Source: a virus (taxonomy: Duplodnaviria > Caudoviricetes). From it: a DNA stretch of 47,369 nt. Location of the stretch: IMG/VR virus record IMGVR_UViG_3300030330_005822, positions 1 through 47,369 of that record. One strand, given 5' to 3'. This document shows, piece by piece, positions 8,525-17,368 of the stretch. Each line of letters opens with the position of its first letter. Within the stretch, counting starts at the first letter, position 1. Made by a program: the position numbers and the translations under genes. The notes under the pieces are model-generated. The model had not been told where the DNA came from. It saw only the letters and a list, made by a program, of their open reading frames with translations, and searched no databases.

Positions 8525-9957
8525 TATGTCTCTTTTCCTTGAATCAGTTCTAAAGCACAGACCCCGTTGTCTGGCTCTACTTTAAATATTGCTAGTTGAT
8601 TTCGATTGAGATTATATCCCATCAGCTTATGCCACCGATCCGTACCAGATAAGGCAGGCATTACCCACACTCGGCATCCATTATACTCATGTACCTTCAA
8701 AGTCAAACAATGAAAGTGCCCGGTAAACCATTCCCAATTGCCTTGGCATTCACCCCAATCTTTAGGTCTTTCTCCTGCCATGATGTTTGGTAGCTTCTCG
8801 TGTTTGATTGTGTCCCCATGATTGAATCCCAAAAGTGTTTTCCCATATCGAATATATGAACTACCCTTTGATCCATCAATGATTGACACTGAATCCTCAC
8901 TTGTATACCTGGCTGATAGCATCATGCCCAATACTGAAGAAAGAAGTCGATCATGGTTCCCTGAAATAGCTACAACTTTTACCGGAGCTGTTTGCTTCAA
9001 TTGTTCAACAATTGTTTCCATTGTTGCGTATGCAATCGCAAGCATAGACACTGGATCAGTGTCTGTGTCCATCGGAGTACCTCTTTCAGTTGTGCCCTTA
9101 TAATTATCAACATGCAACATATCACTGCCACAAGTAATTACCCACTGATCTGGTACTCCCCACATACTAAGGGCTTTTTCCTTGGCTGTCGCAGTTGTCT
9201 TCAATGCTCTGTTTGATGCAACTTGGCTATTGAACCCATCAATGCCCCTCTTGCCTATATGGAGGTCCGTTAACCCAATCACGGCAGTGTATGTACCTTT
9301 TTTGTATTTAATAGCCTTAGAACTCAATTTTGGAAGCGATACGGTACTTAATCGATCCGCCACTTCATTGATAAACTCTTTGACTAAGTAAACATCGTCT
9401 AGTTTTCTTTGAGAAAGTGTTAGTCTTTTTTGTTGAGCTTTAACCAACACTCGCTGCTCTTTAGCTTTGAGTAAATCAGCAACCAAATCATCTTCAGAAT
9501 ATTCGTTTAGTATTTCATTAGTGAATGGAGAAGAATCATGTGTCTTTCCCATGTATGCCAAAATCCGCTGCACTGATGGACGACTTAGTTTGTATTTGCC
9601 TGCAATCTGATTAACTGTTAGCCCGCCGGTTTCGTTTGAGTAGTCTTTTATTAGAGACTCAATCTTTTCTCTACTGACTCGAACTACTGGAGGTTGGTCC
9701 GGTAAATTAAAAAACAAGTATTGCTCTGAACCTGGGTCATAATGATATCCGTTTGCATCCTCATCAAAGAAAAAAGACTCCGCTGGTTCATCGACTTCTT
9801 CTTCAATCCGATCCTCTGTATGAATCCGATATTCAAACACACCGTTCTTTTTTCTTCTTTTGATCTCTTCTTTTACTTCAGATCGATATCTCAACTGAGG
9901 GCCTGTTAAACCCAAGGCTTTCATTGCCTCTTTTTTCTTAAGCCATTTTTTAGCCAT
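8524..9957 (-). CDS. Calcineurin-like metallophosphoesterase with N-terminal HTH region
   Basis: DLHIG, GSDMLHVD, GNHD, HGD, GHFH; TVNQIAGKYKLSRPSVQRIL is HTH-like. Confidence 0.85.
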   Translation of the reverse strand: MAKKWLKKKEAMKALGLTGPQLRYRSEVKEEIKRRKKNGVFEYRIHTEDRIEEEVDEPAESFFFDEDANGYHYDPGSEQYLFFNLPDQPPVVRVSREKIESLIKDYSNETGGLTVNQIAGKYKLSRPSVQRILAYMGKTHDSSPFTNEILNEYSEDDLVADLLKAKEQRVLVKAQQKRLTLSQRKLDDVYLVKEFINEVADRLSTVSLPKLSSKAIKYKKGTYTAVIGLTDLHIGKRGIDGFNSQVASNRALKTTATAKEKALSMWGVPDQWVITCGSDMLHVDNYKGTTERGTPMDTDTDPVSMLAIAYATMETIVEQLKQTAPVKVVAISGNHDRLLSSVLGMMLSARYTSEDSVSIIDGSKGSSYIRYGKTLLGFNHGDTIKHEKLPNIMAGERPKDWGECQGNWEWFTGHFHCLTLKVHEYNGCRVWVMPALSGTDRWHKLMGYNLNRNQLAIFKVEPDNGVCALELIQGKET

Positions 9958-10000
9958 TTTTGTATCTCACACGCATTGTTTGGAAACGTGTTTGATTTTA

Positions 10001-11926
10001 TCACAACTCGCAAGCTCCACCCGTACAAGCAATTTCAAAACTACCTTCACCCATATCGTATTCTTCAAAATCACTGAGCTTAGTGTAATCAATATTTGGA
10101 AAAGTTTTGATTTCCTCTTCATATTGTTCTTGTGTGATTTCCTCATATGGAGCCAACTCATACTTACCTCCATCGTATGGAAGGAAAGATAAGCCAATGA
10201 TGTCATCAAAATTATCCCATACCCATTGGCCTACTTTATCCCAATCATCATTCTTGACATAGATTGTAGCAGACTGATTATGGCCTCGTTTCTTACACCA
10301 GGTATTCATAATTTTTAAGTATCTTTCCATCTGATCGAAAGATGTCTCGTCATCTCTAGTCATGGATCCATCGGGCGATTTTACCGGGAATCTAGCGACC
10401 CAAGTCTTTACTTGATCTTCAGGCAAGTCTTGCTGTCCAACTTCTTTGAACATAGGCACACCTTGACTTTTCAACAAGTCAGATAAAGGATCGTCTGCAC
10501 TTACACGTACGTGTCTAAAGTAATATTTGCTGTATCTAGGATGGAAACCACTTGCACAATCTAACATTTGAGACGTATTACCGCTCGGTTTCCCGCAGGT
10601 GATCGCTGCAGGCATATTGATACCTAATCTACTTGAGGCAACCCTAGCTGTTCTAACTGCAATCTTATTTAACAAAGTAAGGAACTCTGCATTGCCCATC
10701 AGTAATGGATTATCACATTGACCGGTCAAATCCACACCGATCAATCGATCCTCTTGACACAATTCAGTCCAAGTAGGACGCAGGTATGGGAATTTTGTGA
10801 ATGTGGCCTGTAGGCACCCTAACCAGGTTGCTAGGATAACCTTTTTCTTGATATCCTTTGCTGTATCATCGGATCGAACTACAACAGCCGAAAGATTACA
10901 GAATTGCCCGCCTCCACCTTCACCTGTCCATGGATCCACTGCCTCTCTATATCTCAGTCCGATTTCATGGCAAGGATTAGATCTAACTTCACCTTGCGGT
11001 CTAGGAGCTTTTTTCCACCAATTATCTATTGATAGCCCTCGTTCTCCTGCACCCGACTCTGCAAGTTGTGTCCACTCCCGATCAAACACCTCTTTACTTG
11101 GTTTCTCTGCAAAGTATGCGGAGTTGTTTGCCATGTATCTACGCAATGGGAACGCCGCTTTTTTCCAATCCTTGGCGTGTCTCATTTCTACATCGTTTGG
11201 ATCTGAGAAAGAGATCATTGCAGAGCGTCTCACTCCGCCAACAACTACAACCTCTGCTAGTGAGCAGCAGATATCATGGCACTCAATCGGTTTTAGTTTT
11301 CTGCCTGATGCATTTCGGATTGTCTCACGAATAAAATCAATTGCTGCAATTAAGGGTTCGGGTCCACTAGCTCGTCCTCCTTTAGTTTTGAGGATTGACC
11401 CCCTAGGACGAATCAAAGAGTAATCGATTTGAAATGTGTGTCCTTTAAATGCAGAAGTGACAGCAAAGTATACCGCATCTGCCCATCCATCTGATGAGTC
11501 TTGAACTTGATAAATTGTCAAATCCTCTTCAACAGGAAGGGATACGAAAGGTAAGTTTTTTACAAACTTTTCCTCTACAGAAAACCCAACACCGGTTCCT
11601 TGCATGAGGATATAAATCAACTCTGAGAATGCCTTCAGATTATCAATGGGCATAAAAGAGCAATTATAGATAGCTGTGTTGTCTGTTGATGCAAACTCAC
11701 CCGATGCCCACAATGCTCTCATCGAGGGCATGACCTGTTGATTAAGGATGGCTTCTTTTAAATCAATCTTTAATTCTTCATCAATATCTTTAGATTCAAT
11801 TAAAAACTTAGATACCCGGTCAACGGTCTCACTCCAAGTTTCTCTTCTTTTGCTCTCTGGCAACCAACGTGCATAAGAGCGTAGGTATACTAATTCACCG
11901 AGTTGATTTGGGAAATCACTCATCAT
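10001..11926 (-). CDS. nrdJ: Class II (B12-dependent) ribonucleotide reductase
   Basis: YNCSF, GTGVGF, NPCHEI, KPSGNTS and C-terminal CTGGACEL; no beta-subunit gene nearby. Confidence 0.92.
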   Translation of the reverse strand: MMSDFPNQLGELVYLRSYARWLPESKRRETWSETVDRVSKFLIESKDIDEELKIDLKEAILNQQVMPSMRALWASGEFASTDNTAIYNCSFMPIDNLKAFSELIYILMQGTGVGFSVEEKFVKNLPFVSLPVEEDLTIYQVQDSSDGWADAVYFAVTSAFKGHTFQIDYSLIRPRGSILKTKGGRASGPEPLIAAIDFIRETIRNASGRKLKPIECHDICCSLAEVVVVGGVRRSAMISFSDPNDVEMRHAKDWKKAAFPLRRYMANNSAYFAEKPSKEVFDREWTQLAESGAGERGLSIDNWWKKAPRPQGEVRSNPCHEIGLRYREAVDPWTGEGGGGQFCNLSAVVVRSDDTAKDIKKKVILATWLGCLQATFTKFPYLRPTWTELCQEDRLIGVDLTGQCDNPLLMGNAEFLTLLNKIAVRTARVASSRLGINMPAAITCGKPSGNTSQMLDCASGFHPRYSKYYFRHVRVSADDPLSDLLKSQGVPMFKEVGQQDLPEDQVKTWVARFPVKSPDGSMTRDDETSFDQMERYLKIMNTWCKKRGHNQSATIYVKNDDWDKVGQWVWDNFDDIIGLSFLPYDGGKYELAPYEEITQEQYEEEIKTFPNIDYTKLSDFEEYDMGEGSFEIACTGGACEL

Positions 11927-13304
11927 CTTTCTCCATGGGACTAACGTCAATTATTTTCTCTGATTGTGAGGGTCGGGATCCACCGCCTCCACTTCTTCCA
12001 TAACCACCGAAAAGCCTAGAAATTACACCAGAACCCTTTGCTTTTATCGTTATCTCGTCATCACTTGAGGGTGCAAGAATCTCCTTCGCATCCTTCATCA
12101 CTTGCATTAAAGTCTGAACTTCAGTTGACACCTCAGGATTGATGCCGTTGTTCTGAATCTTTTCTGCGTAAGATGCAAAGAGAACTCGTTCTCCCTGGAT
12201 TTGAATGACCTTGTTTACTAGAGATTGTAGATCCTGTGGTGTATTTACTTTTGGATCTGACGATAAGTTGCATTGGGAATCTGGTTCATAAACCGGACAG
12301 TTCGGACTAAGGAAGCACGAATTACAAGACCTCAATGATGCACCAAAACCATTTCCATTTGCAAGAGCAGTTGTTTGAAAAACTTGATCAAGAGCTTTAG
12401 ATTCAGCTTTAATAATTGATTTATTTTCTGATGGCAATTCCCTTTTAGTCCAATAGCCTCCAACGTACTCTGAGTCCATTGAATATCGTTTCCACTGATG
12501 GCAATTCCAAAGATCAATTTGATGTTGATCATCGTTTAAAAAACCATCTCGATCTACCCCATACTTAAGACACTCGGTAGCAAACTGCTCTCTAACTTCC
12601 TTACCTCTGCCTCGTTTGGATGAGTGGGTAACCATCTTCATGTTTCCTACATAGTGATATGTATTTCCATATCGACCACCGCCTGCCCAGGTTGAGGAGT
12701 CAACAGAAAAGAAGATACCTGATGTAATGTCCTTTTTTGAAGATCGACCCCACCCATGGATCTTTACGCCGGATTCTTTGTACTTCTTAATATTTGAAAA
12801 TACCTCTCCTTGTAGCTCCTCTAGCTCAAGGTCTTTAGAATACCCAACGTATGCATACTTTGCTAAGTATGGTTTGATCTGATCAATAGATGTGATCGTA
12901 GGCATTGCTTTATCCAGTACCCCATATTCCTTCCAAAGATCGTCGTATCCGACATCAACCGGGATTGACGGATATGCAATAACGTCAACAGGTAATTCTG
13001 ATATCCAATCCAAGTATGCCCTTAGTTCTTTTCTTGCACGCTCCATAAAGCCCAATTGCAGCTCTTCAATGGATTTGTTTTTTATTTGCTTTTGTCTTTT
13101 GGCACTTGACTCATCCCAAAGATACTTATATCTACTCCAAAGTTTATTTAGAGAGTAATTAATGATCACAAAATCAAAAGTACCTATTAACTCAGGATTG
13201 CGATGTAGATCACAACCATAATCTAATACTACTGACTTTACTTGAGCTTCTTTGATTACGTCTAAGTGTGCTTTTCTAGTGAATCCACTAAAACACAATT
13301 TCAT
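11916..13304 (-). CDS. TGT/DpdA-like fold protein fused to a Cys-rich C-terminal domain
   Basis: KIHGWG...FFSVDSSTWAGGGRYG resembles the HxxG...DSSxW tail of phage TGT-like proteins; CNSCFLSPNCPVYEPDSQC cluster; no N-terminal DSG motif seen. Confidence 0.65.
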   Translation of the reverse strand: MKLCFSGFTRKAHLDVIKEAQVKSVVLDYGCDLHRNPELIGTFDFVIINYSLNKLWSRYKYLWDESSAKRQKQIKNKSIEELQLGFMERARKELRAYLDWISELPVDVIAYPSIPVDVGYDDLWKEYGVLDKAMPTITSIDQIKPYLAKYAYVGYSKDLELEELQGEVFSNIKKYKESGVKIHGWGRSSKKDITSGIFFSVDSSTWAGGGRYGNTYHYVGNMKMVTHSSKRGRGKEVREQFATECLKYGVDRDGFLNDDQHQIDLWNCHQWKRYSMDSEYVGGYWTKRELPSENKSIIKAESKALDQVFQTTALANGNGFGASLRSCNSCFLSPNCPVYEPDSQCNLSSDPKVNTPQDLQSLVNKVIQIQGERVLFASYAEKIQNNGINPEVSTEVQTLMQVMKDAKEILAPSSDDEITIKAKGSGVISRLFGGYGRSGGGGSRPSQSEKIIDVSPMEKDDE

Positions 13305-13336
13305 GTCTTATCCTTTTTGTTGAAAAGTCATATTAC

Positions 13337-13714
13337 CTATTTCTTTTTAGCCTGTTCATCGGCTCTTTTCATCTTTCGATCAACTGACTCTGCCCATCGT
13401 TTACCTGCATCTCCCCCCCAAAGATCCCACGCAATTTTACCTGCACCTGGAGTGCCATCTGGTTTTCGAGAATCTTTGTTTCGCTCGTGCCGGGCAAAGA
13501 AAGACTTCATCCGTTTAATCGTTTGAGGAGAAACTTTACTTCCATTCTTAAGATTTACTGCACGCTGCACACCAGAGCCAATCCCTTGTTCTGATGCTTG
13601 TTTATTAGATAAACCGCCTCGTCCGTACTTTCTTCTGTTTTTGAGTCCACGCTCTGCAGCAGTTCGGACCCCTTTGGGTGGAACAAACCATGAGTCATCA
13701 TATTTTTTGGGCAT
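13337..13714 (-). CDS. Conserved basic phage protein (AWDLWGGDAG family)
   Basis: PPKGVR..AERGL, RMKSFFARHE, IAWDLWGGDAGKRWA; GGAGG RBS before ATG 13714. Confidence 0.8.
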   Translation of the reverse strand: MPKKYDDSWFVPPKGVRTAAERGLKNRRKYGRGGLSNKQASEQGIGSGVQRAVNLKNGSKVSPQTIKRMKSFFARHERNKDSRKPDGTPGAGKIAWDLWGGDAGKRWAESVDRKMKRADEQAKKK

Positions 13715-13759
13715 ACAAACCTCCTTTGTGAAAACGTATACCCTCAATATAACATATTA

Positions 13760-14155
13760 CTAATGGATATTCTCTTTCATCTTATTAGACAGTAATTGAG
13801 CAACCGCTTTTAGGTTTTCTTGAGTAAGATGTTGGAAAATTTGAGCTAATTCTCCAACTACTCGGATTGAAGATACTTGATCTTGCACATCAGCACACAT
13901 ACGCAATACATCGTGTGCTGTAGCTTTACGCTCCATCTTTAGATTATCCAAGTCGGAAACAGGTAAAACTGCTCCACTCTTCTTGAGGATTAAAAGTACC
14001 GCAGTTTCAACTTCATCGTCCAATTCGTTTGCACTAGACAAATCCGCACCCAAGGCAGGCCCTTCATTTAGTTGTTCAACTTCTTCTTGCACTTCTTCTT
14101 CTTGCAATTCTTCTTCTGTATCAAATGCGTCAATATTTTCTTTGTATTCAGACAT
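13760..14155 (-). CDS. Hypothetical protein with acidic N-terminus
   Basis: 131-aa ORF in the operon, overlapping the upstream stop. Confidence 0.7.
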   Translation of the reverse strand: MSEYKENIDAFDTEEELQEEEVQEEVEQLNEGPALGADLSSANELDDEVETAVLLILKKSGAVLPVSDLDNLKMERKATAHDVLRMCADVQDQVSSIRVVGELAQIFQHLTQENLKAVAQLLSNKMKENIH

Positions 14156-14471
14156 CGAGTTTACTCCATGTGTCTTCTGTTGGTTTAAATGAAATCTTGA
14201 GTCCTGATGTCTCTAAAAACACTTCAGAACATTGGACCCTAGGATGTTGTTTAGAATTAACTAAATAATCTGTAATTGTAGCCCACGCACCGAGGCAAGC
14301 CTCTTCCGGAGTCTCTTTCGGGCTATCTGACTCCCACCAGGTGGTTAATACTTGTTTGAGTTGTTTGGCATTGACTCCACATCCGTTTTCATCGAGTTCT
14401 GTGATCATCAATTCAACTTCAAATATAAGTATACCTGATGGCATCTGTATCTTATACACTATCGTAAACAT
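14148..14471 (-). CDS. Degenerate QueD/PTPS-like (T-fold) protein
   Basis: EVELMITELDENGCGVNAKQLKQVL, ETPEEA and SEVFLET follow the QueD motif order, but the His/Cys Zn-catalytic segment is missing. Confidence 0.5.
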   Translation of the reverse strand: MFTIVYKIQMPSGILIFEVELMITELDENGCGVNAKQLKQVLTTWWESDSPKETPEEACLGAWATITDYLVNSKQHPRVQCSEVFLETSGLKISFKPTEDTWSKLDV

Positions 14472-14478
14472 GGCAACC

Positions 14479-14751
14479 CTACCTTGTATGTAAGAAGACC
14501 TTCAGTGCAGTTTTTTCTTCACCGTTAATTACTTCTGTAGCAAATCCGGTTGTAAAGTAAATATCCAAACCGCTGCTAGCACCCATAGATCGGGCAATAG
14601 TAATCGATTTGATCATTTGATTGACTGCACCTGCGCCAATAGCTGTTAAGCTAACTGACTTACCTTCTTCAATGTTTTTTACGCATGATCCGGCAACAGA
14701 GTCAACTCGACTCCGACCGGCTACACGTAAGTTTATTTTTTCTTTAGTCAT
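14479..14751 (-). CDS. spoVS: SpoVS-family (Alba-like) protein
   Basis: LRV...SVAG, AIGAGAVNQMIKSITIAR, GF....INGEEKTALK. Confidence 0.9.
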   Translation of the reverse strand: MTKEKINLRVAGRSRVDSVAGSCVKNIEEGKSVSLTAIGAGAVNQMIKSITIARSMGASSGLDIYFTTGFATEVINGEEKTALKVFLHTR

Positions 14752-15199
14752 CTCTAAGATTCCTCTCTTGTTGTCTTCTACTGATTTCCCGACTTACAGC
14801 CGAGTTCTTCAGATCATACCCTAAAGAGACCGCTTTTAACACCTTTAAGTCCGCTTCCATCTGTGCGATCTCACGTCTAAGCTCCAATACTGTCTTAGAA
14901 CTACCCACAGCAGACTTAGCCATTGTCGCAGTCATATCACCTCTTTTGAGCTTTGCATACAATCTCAAGTCAGTCTCTTCTTCTAATGATTGTTTTTTGA
15001 TTACTAGTTGTCCTTCAATTAGACTGATTTGGAAAATAACATATGAGCAAACACTAGCCCAGTAAGATAAGTGCCTACCTAGCTCATCCATGTGAACTAA
15101 AGACAAGTCTTCAGGGAAGGATAAGTGATGCTCTCTATTCTTCGGCAGATTTAAGTCCATTGAATTGATTGTTTTAACTAATCTAGAAAGAGGATCCAT
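14744..15199 (-). CDS. Coiled-coil protein, possible UvsY-like recombination mediator
   Basis: Helical protein ending SAVSREISRR, within the exonuclease/RecA cluster. Confidence 0.5.
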   Translation of the reverse strand: MDPLSRLVKTINSMDLNLPKNREHHLSFPEDLSLVHMDELGRHLSYWASVCSYVIFQISLIEGQLVIKKQSLEEETDLRLYAKLKRGDMTATMAKSAVGSSKTVLELRREIAQMEADLKVLKAVSLGYDLKNSAVSREISRRQQERNLRDD

Positions 15200-16059
15200 T
15201 AGACTTTACCCCCAAAACAAAAATCACAGGCTACACACTCTTTGGCAATTTTACTTCTCGGAGTCTTGCAGTCTTCTAATCGATCCGGGAGAGACTTTGT
15301 GTTTGCAGCTTCTATTGCCACCTGAATGTCAGACAGTATCGGATATATGATGGACATGTCTTTCTTTACAAAGAAATCCATCTCTTCTCCTGTCTCCTTG
15401 TTCACATATAGAATGATTGCGCCTTCAATTTCACCGCATTCTTCTAGATCATTAGGAGCAAAGCAGTAAAGCATGGCTTGCTTAACATGATAGTCTCTAG
15501 GAAACTTAGATACCGACTTGATGTACTTGAATGAATTAGAATTGCTGCTCTTAATCTCTAATACGTACCACTTCCCATCAATGAAGACAATTCCATCAAC
15601 GTACCCACTCATCCTCTTTTCCGGCCACTTCATTCTGGGTTCTTTATACTCCCATCTTTCGCCTGGATAAAATCCTTCAACAACCATATTTTGGTTGTCC
15701 TTATTTATCCATTTACCATAAAGACATCCTGCTTTTGCTAGTATGTCATTTTGATACATATCGTGAATCATATGACCATGATCGAATACCCGCAGCAGTG
15801 AAGTCTTATGTGGGTCTGCCAACCTAAGCTTGGCTCCAAAATCATCTCGGTTCATAATGATTGAATACTTGCGAGGGCAAACAGGATTGTATCCGACCGA
15901 TGATGGATGGAAACGAGTCATCTTTTCCATAATGACATCGTAATTCCGATCATTTGCTTTTTTCAGATAAAACTGTTCTATCTTAGGAAGTATGGAGGGA
16001 CTGTTAGTCTCCTCTTGATTGTGAATCATTTTAAACAAGTTATTAAGACTCATTTTCAT
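15199..16059 (-). CDS. Cas4-like PD-(D/E)XK exonuclease
   Basis: FHPSS..CPRK, GHMIH, GYVDG, LEIKS, QAMLY, C-terminal C...CVACDFC. Confidence 0.85.
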   Translation of the reverse strand: MKMSLNNLFKMIHNQEETNSPSILPKIEQFYLKKANDRNYDVIMEKMTRFHPSSVGYNPVCPRKYSIIMNRDDFGAKLRLADPHKTSLLRVFDHGHMIHDMYQNDILAKAGCLYGKWINKDNQNMVVEGFYPGERWEYKEPRMKWPEKRMSGYVDGIVFIDGKWYVLEIKSSNSNSFKYIKSVSKFPRDYHVKQAMLYCFAPNDLEECGEIEGAIILYVNKETGEEMDFFVKKDMSIIYPILSDIQVAIEAANTKSLPDRLEDCKTPRSKIAKECVACDFCFGGKV

Positions 16060-16927
16060 ATCCTCCCCACAGATTTAAACAGTCCGGCCCAGTTAATCGT
16101 TCAAGTGCCGTATTGAGTAAGTTAAGATCCTTGTTTGACATACCTGTAAAGTCAATTGACTTCATTGCAATCTTAAACTTGTAGTATCCTGTCTCGTTCT
16201 TAAATAGCGATCCTAAATTAGTAAACATATTATTAATTGAGTTAGCCAATACTTCGTTGTCTACTTCGTCTTCATCGATAAACAGACGCTCCACATCATC
16301 ATCGTCATCAATCTCAATAATGTCGTCATCATCTTCAGGTATATACTCTAGTAGCTCATCCACTTTTTCTCTTAATGCTTTCGCAGTTGTACCCACTTTA
16401 GCCAATTCAATTAGCTCTGGGTGATACTCCTCTGGAGCTTGGTTAATTGCTCTAGCTTGATTAACTGAGATTAAATCATATTTAAGAGAGTGGATGATCT
16501 CATCTGTCATCTCTAGTAAAGCCAATCGTTGACTAACTAATGTTTTAGACCAACCGAGCTCTTTTCTGAATTCGTTTACATCTCGTCCCAGGTTTTGGAT
16601 GCGTTGGATTGCCAACGCCTCTTCCATCGGGTTAAGGTTTTTTCTACTCACATTTTCTTGAAGATTCATAATGAGTAATTCAGATTCATCTAAATCATTC
16701 ATTATCCGACAATCAATTTCCGCCCATTGCAACCGAGTAGCTGCGGTGAACCTCCTAAATCCGTAAACAAGGCCATATCGCCCCGACTCAGTTTCACAAA
16801 CACCGATTGGATTATTTAGACCTGATGTAGCCATACTTTCGCTTAAATCTTCAACATCAATATTAACTCGTGAGTTGGTAATTAGATTTAAATCAATTTG
16901 ATCGAGTCTTATCTTTTTCACTTTCAT
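16043..16927 (-). CDS. parB: ParB/Spo0J-family protein
   Basis: GLNNPIGV, LVYGFRRFTAA, ENVSRKNLNPMEEA, HTH LGWSKTLVSQRLALL; AAGGA RBS before ATG 16927. Confidence 0.88.
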   Translation of the reverse strand: MKVKKIRLDQIDLNLITNSRVNIDVEDLSESMATSGLNNPIGVCETESGRYGLVYGFRRFTAATRLQWAEIDCRIMNDLDESELLIMNLQENVSRKNLNPMEEALAIQRIQNLGRDVNEFRKELGWSKTLVSQRLALLEMTDEIIHSLKYDLISVNQARAINQAPEEYHPELIELAKVGTTAKALREKVDELLEYIPEDDDDIIEIDDDDDVERLFIDEDEVDNEVLANSINNMFTNLGSLFKNETGYYKFKIAMKSIDFTGMSNKDLNLLNTALERLTGPDCLNLWGGYENES

Positions 16928-16972
16928 ATCATATCCTTTGTCTTGAAGTTGTTGAAAAGACAATAAGTATTG

Positions 16973-17368
16973 TCATGTATCTCTATACTTGTCAATTAGT
17001 TCTGCAAATATATCAGCAGGTATACAAACCCAATCTTTTTCAACATTATCCGGCAGACCCTCTAGTGTTAAACACATACCAGCCCATTTACCAGTCAAGG
17101 AAGCTTGCCTCTTTAGTTCAACGATCACATCTGAAGTAATCGTAAACCGATCTTTATCTGTTAGTTTAGCTTGCCACACGAATAACTCATCTCGAAGATC
17201 TCCTTTTTTAGAAAGATCTGGTAAAGCCCCACTATTCGGGGTTGTCTTTGATCTTAAGACACCTTGCAGTCGATTCTCATGTCTTGCAGAGCGAGACTTG
17301 TTGTCCTTCTTTACTTCTTCAAAGAAAGCAGGCTTGGGTTTCTTACTTCCTAAAGAAGTCTTTCTCAT
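16973..17368 (-). CDS. Holliday-junction resolvase-like PD-(D/E)XK nuclease
   Basis: RHENRL, TPNSGA, KGDL, WQAK; directly downstream of recA. Confidence 0.72.
   Translation of the reverse strand: MRKTSLGSKKPKPAFFEEVKKDNKSRSARHENRLQGVLRSKTTPNSGALPDLSKKGDLRDELFVWQAKLTDKDRFTITSDVIVELKRQASLTGKWAGMCLTLEGLPDNVEKDWVCIPADIFAELIDKYRDT

Noticed and set aside
10797-11423. 208-aa + strand ORF opposite nrdJ (and similar antisense ORFs over the helicase, resolvase and fibre genes)
   Set aside because: Antisense shadows of well-supported genes with no recognisable motifs, unlike the 4895-6181 frame, which carries a missing MTase motif
15199-16059. Cas4-like gene as evidence of CRISPR-Cas
   Set aside because: No cas1/cas2 and no repeat-spacer array; the 15-bp motif is dispersed, not arrayed; the context is a phage recombination operon
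16928-16963. MSFQQL as a shared protein targeting peptide (ParB, RecA, 6183 ORF)
   Set aside because: It is the translation of the DNA motif, which also occurs in other frames, on the other strand and between genes; the ParB extension begins at a TTG upstream of the real RBS
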